DNA of 64,000 nt from Diplonema japonicum (Eukaryota > Protista > Euglenozoa: Diplonemea). The translations under genes and the position numbers were made by a program. Of the stretch, positions 55,660 to 64,000 are shown piece by piece (within the stretch, counting starts at the first letter, position 1; the number at the start of each line of letters is the position of its first letter). Below the pieces are notes generated by a model. It saw only the letters and a program-made list of their open reading frames with translations, was not told where the DNA came from and made no database searches. Location of the stretch: contig OZ025706.1 in assembly GCA_964019335.1 (NCBI GenBank), positions 449,162-513,161 of the forward strand. Direction: 5' to 3'.

Positions 55660-58600
55660 ACCACCGAAAAGACAACAAGAGTTGAACACTCTCTCCCTCC
55701 CGTCCCCTCTACTTCCTCTCTCTCACAGGCACACTCCAACACAACACCACCACCCAACAACATCAACGTACTGTCTCTCAATGTCAGATCCCTAACGGTG
55801 AGCACCACAGCGCAGCTGCTGAAGGGCATTGAGACACACAACATCGACGTGCTCCTACTCCAAGAGACTTTCCTGAGGCCGTCGAAAGATATAACCGGAG
55901 TCTTCACTGGGTTCAAGGCATACCGCCGAGACCGAACACGACCGGTGAAAAGAGGAAAGCAAATCAGCGGAGGGGGTCTCGTCACACTGGTCAGAGAATC
56001 GATACCGTCGAAACAGATCGAAGTTCTTCAGAAACCCAGCGACGTGACGGAAAGACTCGACGTAGAGATCTCGCTGCCCAACCGGAAGCCGTACAGACTC
56101 GTCAACCTGTACCTGCCTCCGACAACGGGTAGAGACGGCGACGACAGACCACCCCCCGAGAAATATTTCCGCCCGGCAGAGCTGCCTCATGACAGTCACA
56201 CCATCATCGCCGGTGACATGAACGCCCACCACACGATGTGGGACAAAAGGGGCACACCGAATAAGCTGGGAGAAATACTGCACAGCTGGATGCTGCGATG
56301 GGGCTACAGCACATGGAACAAGAGCAGCGAAGCCACGATCCTGAACCCGTCAGGAAACCCAACCTCTCCGGACATGGTAATGAGCGGCGCAGAGTTCGAC
56401 AAATCTTCTTGGAGGACGTTGCCAGCAATGGGCTCAGACCACGTTCCGATGTTCTTCAGTCTGAGAGGGGGAGTCAGCCAACCGACCAGAAGAGTACTCT
56501 ACTCTTGGGGGAGGGAGGCAAGGAGCGCGTACAGGGAGACGATGGAAGAAAAGTGCAGCAGGCTGCTCAGGGCCAGAGACCCGATAAGGCTAAACGCTGA
56601 GTTTCGCACACTTCTTCTATCGGCAACCGAATCGTGCGTCCCCAGGAAAGGACAGAAGAAAGGGAAGGTTTGGTGGAACGACGAGATTGACGCACTCGCA
56701 AGGCGACGAAGCACACTGAAGGCGAAGCTGTTGTCCGAGGATCACGACGGGAACGACGAAGACCTGGCACGTCTAGCGGCGATGGAGCAGGGCGATAACG
56801 AGCGGGAAGCAGGCTGCCTGGGGCGACTACACCAAGAAGTTGTCCAAGGACGGAAACCTGACGCAAGCCTTCTCGGTCATCCGCAGATTCGACGGTCGCA
56901 GCGAGAAGCCACCAATAGCCCCGCTCCGACGAGGAAACGGTATCGCCACCACCGACAGGGAGAAGGCCAGTGTACTCGTCGAACACTACGCGAGGGCCTG
57001 CTCCCCAAGGACGACTGCCAAGTCGGAGGAAGTGATCACCACCATCAAGAAGGACGCGAAGCCCGGGACAGACAACGACTTCCCCCTGGTAACGAAGGAC
57101 GAGCTGGACTCGGTGCTGCGAAGGCTGAAGAAGGGCAAGGCTCCGGGCCCAGACGGCATCTACAACGAAATGCTGAAGTACCTGGGACCGGTGGCCAGGG
57201 AAGTTCTACTCCTCCTCTACAACTCATCCCTCCAGACCGGTGTCGTCCCTGCCGAATGGAGGCGGTCTTCCATCATCCCCCTCATGAAAAAGGGCAAAGA
57301 CCAATCCGAACCCGCCTCGTACAGGCCGATCGCGCTGACGTCAAACATCGTGAAGACGTTGGAGCGAATAGTCAAGGACAGGATGTGCTTCCTGCAGGAC
57401 ACAGGACGGGTAAGGCAATTGCACACATCGCAGGCGGGTTTCCGGAAAGGGAGGTCCACGGAGGAAAACGTGCTGTACGCCGCCTCAAAGCTCAAAAGTG
57501 TCAGGCTGAGCCAAGGTCTGGGGGGTCTCCTGCTGTTCGACTTCAAAGGAGCCTTCGACACAGTCTGGCACAAGGGAGTGATCGCAAAGCTGATAGGCGA
57601 CGGTTACCCTCCCAAGCTCGTGAAATGGATCACCTCTTTCCTCGACCAACGTAAAGCCTCCGTCTGTGTGAACGGGGAACACGGCTGCGTGAAGACAATG
57701 ACAGGGGGCGTACCCCAAGGCACCATCCTGGCCCCGCAGCTCTTTTCCATCTACGTCAACGACCTGGCCAGGTTGTACAGGAAGGCTGGAATCGACGCGG
57801 TAGTGTACGCAGACGACATAGCGATAGTGCTGGAGGCGGGGAGTCCTGCCGAGCTGAACAAGAAGGTGCAACGCGCGGTGAGCCTCACGGAGCGATGGTG
57901 CGAGACGTTCTCGATGAAACTGTCCCAGGAAAAGACAGAGTTCATGCCGGTAGAGGGACAGTTCTGGAACTCGCACGACAGTCTCGCAAACCTCATCAAC
58001 GCCCGCTTCCCCTCGAGTGGGGCGAAAGTCAAGGTGGTACGCGAGGCTAAATATCTTGGCGTCACCTTCGACGAAAGCATGAACTTCCACGAGCATGTGC
58101 AGAAGGTGAAGGGAAAGATCAACAGCCGTCTTCGCCTGCTGCGCAAACTCGCCGGAACAAGGTGGGGCTGCCGCAAGCACACCCTAAGGACGCTGTACCT
58201 GACGTACGTCCAACCGGTTCTGCGCTACTGTCTCGGTGCTTACGGCAACTTCGTGGGACATGCTGCTCTGGCCGAGTTCGACTCGCTACAATACACAGCA
58301 GCGAGGTTGATAACGGGATGCTTCGACAAGACTTCCGCGACGGTGACCAGGTCAGAGGCGGGCATCTGGGAGATTGAATCCTTGCTGGAACACGACACCC
58401 TGGTGCTCTACGAGAAGGCACAGCGTCAACCGGGGACAACAGCGGAGAAGGCAACAAAGATATCCGGGGGTCAGATGTGGTACGGGAAAAGCTGGCGAAA
58501 CACCGCGCTCGACTTGGCGAAGAGTCACGGGATGCCGGAACGCGAAGACCTACCACACCACTCAGTCACTCAGAGCGCAGACCTGCAGCTCCCTCCATGG

Positions 58601-59560
58601 GTCCAACCCAAAGTCCTGTTCCACCCCGACCTAGTCCGCAAGGTACACAAGAAGGACGAAAAAAGTCTCAAACTCCGAGCGGCCTTCGAATCGATCAGGA
58701 GGCACGGCATCCCAGATGTGATCGTCTACACCGACGGGTCAGTCACCGGACACAGGAACGGCGGTTCGGCAGCTGTGATAAGGATCGGGTCTGACACACC
58801 GAAGCAGGCACGCAAGAGCGGAGGAGCAGTGACTTCGGCCTACCGATGCGAACTGAAAGCGCTGAACCTGGGGCTGCAATTGACACTGTACCATACCCGG
58901 AGACAAGGTGTGACGACAGGAGTAGTGCTGCTGTGCTCGGACTCCCAGTCGGTGATCCGAAGACTGATGCAGGGCAACAGAGAGATGAGGCAGAAGGAGG
59001 AACTGCTGGCTTGGAAATGGCTGGACGCGCTTGACCGCCAAGGCCTCTCCACCATCATCCAGTACGTTCCCGGGCACTGCGGCCTACCAGGTAACGAGCA
59101 AGCCGACCGACACGCCAAACGCGCCGCAAAGGAGTCGACACCGGACGGCCCGACGGACCTGATGACCACAAAGAGCCTCATCAAGAGGTCGGTGAACCGC
59201 GACTGGGCAGCCTCGTGGGAGAAGACAGGTCGGGACAAAAAGTACCGAGAGGAGATCGGCGCGAGGTACCTCCCCTTGAAGGAACTGTCCTGCAGACACG
59301 TTGAGGTACAGATAACGAGACTGCGAACGGGCAGGAGCCACCTGACTTGCGGTTTCCTGTCGAAACCCGTCCAGAATGACATACGTTGCCTCTCGTGCCA
59401 TTCGATCCAGGACAGACACCATCTGCTGATCGGGTGCCCAGCTGGAGACAAGGTCCGCGAAGAGATCTTCGGGGATGACATCCCCACGACCACGAAGGAG
59501 ATGCTCACAATGAGGGTGAGTGAAACCGCCTCCTACCTGAAGAGGATGGACCTCATCTGA
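55621..59560 (+). pseudogene. LINE pol (APE-RT-RNase H) with one frameshift near 56790
   Basis: APE: NVRSL, LQET, GDMNAH, SPD, SDH. RT: KAPGPDGI, SYRPIAL, QAGFR, DFKGAFD, GVPQG, YADD, KYLGV. RNase H: YTDGS, SDSQS, HCGLPGNEQAD. Confidence 0.92.
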
Positions 59561-59605
59561 GACTCTCACGACCGCCGAGCCGCTGACCGCAATCGCAGGA
59601 CGTAG

Positions 59606-59638
<33 letters not shown>

Positions 59639-60176
59639 AACAGAAAAAAGTGAACCAAAAAGTACTAGTGAACCCTCTCCCCCTCCCCCTGTGTTTCCCA
59701 TTATTACCCTGTCGTGCACCCCAACTTCTGTCTTCACCTTTCCCCGCCCCTTCACACATCCCCCCGTATCATTTCCCTTTGTTTTGAATTTTCTAAGGCT
59801 CCGCCGCCCAACAAAGCTGGCTGAAGGGGATGCCTCCGTGCCAGTGTGCCGCTCGTGAGGGCGAGCACGGACGAGGTACCCCACTCCTCAAAAACCCGGA
59901 GGTTCGCCCGAAGGGTGCTGGCTTGGGAAGCGGGCTGGAGAGCTGCCGGGGTCACGGAGGTGGGCGAAGTCGCGAACACTGGAGCCCACGAACCGGCCCC
60001 ACCTCCGTCCTCGGTACGTATGGATAGTTTAGCGGAAGTTTCAAGGTTATCTCATTCCTTTCCCCCTTTCGTTAGATACAGGGAGACCCTTGGTCCACCT
60101 GTTCTGTCCCCCCCCCCAGCCTTTGCTTCGCACGTCAGTGGTTCATTTATTAATTATTAATTATTAAAAAAATGTA

Positions 60177-60250
60177 GGCGCCTTAGCTCAGTTGGTTAGA
60201 GCGCACGCCCAGTAAGCGTGAGGTCGAGGGTTCAAATCCCTCAGGTGCCT
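60177..60250 (+). tRNA. tRNA-Thr (AGT) with non-canonical C33
   Basis: GGCGCCT/AGGTGCC acceptor, D arm AGCTCAGTTGGTTAGAGC, CACGC-CCAGTAA-GCGTG, GGTTCAAATCC, T-run terminator. Confidence 0.85.
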
Positions 60251-60299
60251 TTTTTATTTTCTCCTAAAAAAAATTAGGCTTGATGTAAGGAAGGTGGGG

Positions 60300-62096
60300 C
60301 TAAGGAGTAGAGGCGATGCAGGAAATCGTGAAAGAACAGAAAATGCCAGACGCGGTGAGAAAGGTACAAGACGTTTGAGACAGTATTGAAAAAAGCAGGA
60401 GAAAAAGGAACGCAGAGCGGGAGACAGGGTTATGGCGGAACCTATCACGGAACATACCACGGACCCAATGGCAAGGGATGGAACGCAGGTAACTCGACGT
60501 GGAAGGGTGGTAAAGGGTTTGGAGCGCAAAGCCAGCAGGCCTCGGGAAAGGGTTTTCGGGGCCCCGGGATGCAACATGGGAAGAGATGAGCAACTTAGAA
60601 AGAATAATACAGTGTTTGAGTGTTTTTGGAATAAAGAAAAATTTAGGTATGGAAAAGGCGGCGAGCGGACTAGAAGAAGAAAAGAGAATACTGGAACAAA
60701 CGTGGGAGAAGGTAAGGGCACCGTCGACACTGAAGCAGGTGGCGCTGGTATTGAAGGCGATGACAGATTTCAGGGAGAAGGAAGCGCCGAGAGCATGCCT
60801 GGAGGACGCGGCCCTGCTGTGGTTGGCGAGGAAGCAGGTGGACGGAATTTCACCGGCGACGAGGAGTGGATACGCGGACAGGATCATCATGGCGGTGGGA
60901 AAGTCCTGGTTCTACCAACTAGGCGCAAGAGGCTTGAAGGACTACTTCACCTTGAGGACGACATGGGGATTATTTCAACTGGTAGTGCTGGCCATGGGAT
61001 GGTCATGGTCGGTGTGGGTGGCACAGACCGTGGCAGTAGCGATGAATGAAGAGATGGAAAGGAGGGCGAGGTGCCAGGTTCGAAGCATGGCCTACGTGGA
61101 CAACTTTATAATAAGTAGAAAGTAGAGAAGATGTGGAAGAGGCCGTGAAAGAAATAAAAGGTGTGGTAAATGATTGTGGAGCAGTGTTCAAAGAAGAGGA
61201 TCATAGTACGAAGACAAAAGAGGACATACTAGGCATGAAAGTGGATATGGAGAGGAAAGAAGTATCGCTGAAAGAAAAGTGGGTTGAGAAGTTTGACAAG
61301 GCTGCGGCGTTGTTTCTGGTGTCACCCTCTAAGTTCGATTTAAGAACGACATGGAAGATCATTGGAGGGATAATGTGGGCAGCGAGAGTATTGGAAATTG
61401 ATCACTTTGAAATTGTGCATTTGAAAATATGGATGTCGAGGCAGGCGAAGGATATAGCGAAGGGAAAAAAGAACTGGAACAGCAAAGCTACATGGTGGAC
61501 TGCAGCCATGCGGGACCTGAGGTGGGTCGTACAAAAGATCGTGAAGAATGAACCTGTGGACGTGAGAAGGAAACAATTAACGGGGAAGGAAGTACTATGG
61601 AGGCAGATGCGTCTATGAAAGGTGGAGCGTATATATTGGAAGAAAGAAAGATAACTAAGGCATTTAAATGGTCAGAAGAGCAAACCGAACAATCAATAAA
61701 CGTGCTGGAGGCGTTGGCGCTGCTGGAAGGCACAAGAGATTGGGCAAAGAAGGGGAGTAAGGAAGAGAAGCTCATGATAAAGACAGACTCACAGCTCCTC
61801 TATTTCGCTTTGAAGAACAGAAAGGCGACGGGCATCCGTTTCAACAGCATTTGCAGGGAGATTGTGAGGAACCTCGGAGGATATGAGTGGGAGGTCGAAT
61901 GGGTGTCGTCAGAGGAACAGCTCGCGGACGCACCAAGTAGATATTTTCTGTAACAAGAAGGGTGATCTTTACACAGGGGGGGTGGGCACGAGTCGGTCGG
62001 GGGTGGTGGTGGGACCCCTTTCAGGAGGAGGCCCCCGAGGTGACCGATTTTTATCTTACCCTTCCCGAACGCCCACATGTTCAAAGATGCACCCCC
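60300..62096 (+). mobile_element. Degenerate DIRS-order (VIPER/Ngaro-like) retroelement
   Basis: RT LAMGWSWS..AQ and YVDNF, LGMKVD; DIRS-type RNase H ADASMKGG, SINVLEALA, IKTDSQ, EWVSSEEQLADAPSR; broken by stop/frameshifts. Confidence 0.75.
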
Positions 62097-62762
62097 TTGA
62101 AATAAAAAAAAAAAATAAAAAAAATTATATATATAACCCCTAAACGCCCGGAGCCTATCTACGGTACCCCCCCATTTTCGTTGTTGCTTTAAATACTCAA
62201 AAAAAAGGACAGCATGCAACCATAGGAAGGTGCAAGGAAAGGTAAACGGTACTAAAATTTTCAATTCCAGGTGCCAGATTCAGATGAGAACACTTAACTA
62301 TGTGTGTAAGAGGGGGATTGAAAGTGTACTTTTTATGTCCGATTTTGGGGGGTCCGTGGAGCTATGGCTGGGCTAAAAAGGGCAGCATTCAGCCCTATTT
62401 GGTGCCCTGAACTCTAGGATTGAGGTCAGTCTGGAGACTTTTTGGGGCTGTGGGATGAAAAAAGCAACTTTTGAGTTTTTTTTCCAGCTGGGGTAGCATG
62501 CAAGGGTAAAAAACACGTTTTGCATAAGGGGGTTTTGCAACAGGGGCACCACGTTTGCACCTTCTTCCCGCACCCAGGAACAGCATAGAGCACCCCGTTG
62601 TCGAACCTGAGAGGTCTTCACGGGGGGACTTGCTGTCGAGATTGGCAACCCTTTCTTTACACAGGGGTCGGGAGGGGAGAGGGCCCCGAAACCCCCACGG
62701 CCCCTCCCATCCCGATAGCCCACACCCCCCCCCACCCGTGTTCTAACTTTACCCATCTCCTC

Positions 62763-62881
62763 GGATACGGCCATACTCTGGTGAATGCACCCCATCCCGC
62801 CTGATTTGGGAAGTTAAGCACCAGCAGGCCAGGTTAGTACTGCGGTGAGTGATCACGTGGGAAGCCCTGGTGCTGTATCCT
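62763..62881 (+). rRNA. 5S rRNA gene
   Basis: GGATACGGCCATAC..GAAGTTAAGC..GGTTAGTACT..GGGAA..GTGCTGTATCC; ends are complementary; T-run follows. Confidence 0.92.
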
Positions 62882-63160
62882 CTAAACTTTTTTTTTTTTT
62901 TATTTTTTTGAAATAAAAAAAAAATTATATATATAAAAGAAAAAAAAAAAAAAGAAAAAAAAAATAAAATAATAAGAAAAGTAGAAATAAGCGCCGGAAG
63001 ACCTTTCAAAACCTATTGTTGAATTTAAATAACTGCTTTTCTACAGAAGCAGTTGGCCGTTTAAGGGTTAAATATAGAAGAAAAAAAATAAGAAAACGGG
63101 AAAAAAAAAAAAAAAAAAAAAAAATGGCGGCAACTGACTTCTCAATAATAATAGAAAAAA

Positions 63161-63292
63161 GTGTCTCGAGTTCCTCTCCTTGGAAGGAGGGGTGGTCGAG
63201 AAGGTACAAGAAATTCTGTATATGGTTTATTGATCATGGATCAGATTGGGTACCAATAAAGTACAGAAACTGTAGCTTTAGAATCGTTGGTT
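63161..63292 (-). ncRNA. Spliced-leader RNA gene, copy 1 (39-nt exon 63292-63254)
   Basis: AACCAACGATTCTAAAGCTACAGTTTCTGTACTTTATTG|GTA, Sm-like AATTTCTTG, then a T-run; 3' end approximate. Confidence 0.93.
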
Positions 63293-63506
63293 AACCTCCC
63301 GGACCTCTTTCTCCAAACCCAGATAAGGCTTAGAGAGGAGGGTAAAAATCCGTTTGAAGAAGATGCTGTTGGCTCTGGTCCTTGCTTCTATTTTTCTTTC
63401 TCGAAAAAGAAAAAGAAATCCAGATGCGAACCCGCGCAAAACGGGAGAGCAGAGGACGGATACACGAACGAACGAACGAAATATAGCAGTTTTAAAGAAA
63501 AAAAAA

Positions 63507-63638
63507 GTGTCTCGAGTTCCTCTCCTTGGAAGGGGAGGTGGTCGAGAAGGTACAAGAAATTCTGTATATGGTTTATTGATCATGGATCAGATTGGGTACC
63601 AATAAAGTACAGAAACTGTAGCTTTAGAATCGTTGGTT
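63507..63638 (-). ncRNA. Spliced-leader RNA gene, copy 2 (exon 63638-63600)
   Basis: Near-identical copy offset by 346 nt. Confidence 0.93.
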
Positions 63639-64000
63639 AACCTCCCGAACCTCTTTCTCCAAACCCAGATAAGGCTTAGAGGGGGAGGAGCAAGGAACCC
63701 ACGGTGGTCTGGAGGGAGAAAAGGGAGGGAGGAGGGGATTCTCACCGTGAACAAAGAGGTACACGGGTTGGAGGCGATCCTGTCCTGGAAGGAAGGAAGG
63801 AAAGAAAGAAGGTCCTTTTCTCCCTCTTCCCTTTTCCCCTTTTCCTTTTCTCCGTCCCGCTCTTCTTTTTTTCCGACTTCCCTCGCGCAAGCATGTTCAA
63901 CAATTTGGCCGTCTATCGGACCCTTTGGAGTTCCGTGGCGGTAAAAAACGCAAGCCCCCCCTTTTCCCCCTCTTCCCCTTCTCCTCCGGTAGTTCCTCCC

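Larger units (their letters stand above)
54430..59636 (+). mobile_element. Near full-length ingi/L1Tc-like non-LTR retrotransposon (5' boundary uncertain)
   Basis: Coiled-coil ORF1, 2A-like motif, APE, RT, RNase H, Cys motif, 45-nt 3' UTR and poly(A) at 59606-59636. Confidence 0.88.

Noticed and set aside
56790-57654. C-terminal half of ORF 55798..57654 as real protein
   Set aside because: Out-of-frame run-on over the RT. The conserved LINE sequence (AITSGKQAAWGDY) continues in the next frame after about 56790; a one-base indel or sequencing error is more likely than programmed shifting.
59637-59670. Target-site duplication for the LINE
   Set aside because: No matching sequence found upstream by eye, so the 5' boundary remains undefined.
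62270-62660. U snRNA gene between the DIRS remnant and 5S
   Set aside because: No U1, U2, U5 or U6 hallmark sequences recognised on either strand.

Overview
Eukaryotic nuclear DNA, almost certainly from a diplonemid (Euglenozoa). Two spliced-leader RNA genes carry a 39-nt Diplonema-type SL exon (AACCAACGATTCTAAAGCTACAGTTTCTGTACTTTATTG|GT) and sit next to a 5S rRNA gene. (1) 1-29.7 kb: 13 tightly packed protein genes, all on the minus strand, with tiny GT-AG introns: LRR protein, PMM, CDC45, centrin, glycerate kinase, giant C2/coiled-coil protein, TM-coiled coil, pseudo-receiver coiled coil, PPR protein, Kv channel, VPS25, TMEM135-like, and a tandem pseudophosphatase-PDZ protein. (2) 29.7-40.3 kb: a divergent strand-switch region with a satellite-like repeat family, hAT, LINE, tyrosine-recombinase and pogo-type remnants and a 200-N gap. 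Repeat copies differ mainly by CpG->TpG/CpA changes. (3) 40.3-49.2 kb, plus strand: a Crinkler/RHS-type NTPase-nuclease, tRNA-Glu, and a membrane-anchored (Kelch-PstS)x2 protein whose PstS modules are nearly identical in DNA. (4) 49.7-64 kb: MITEs, an inverted Kelch pseudo-fragment, a degenerate LINE and a near-complete ingi/L1Tc-like LINE (2A-like peptide, APE, RT, RNase H, apparent intron and trans-splice site), tRNA-Thr(AGT) with C33, a DIRS/VIPER-like remnant, 5S rRNA and SL RNA repeats. All calls come from manual motif reading; no searches were run.
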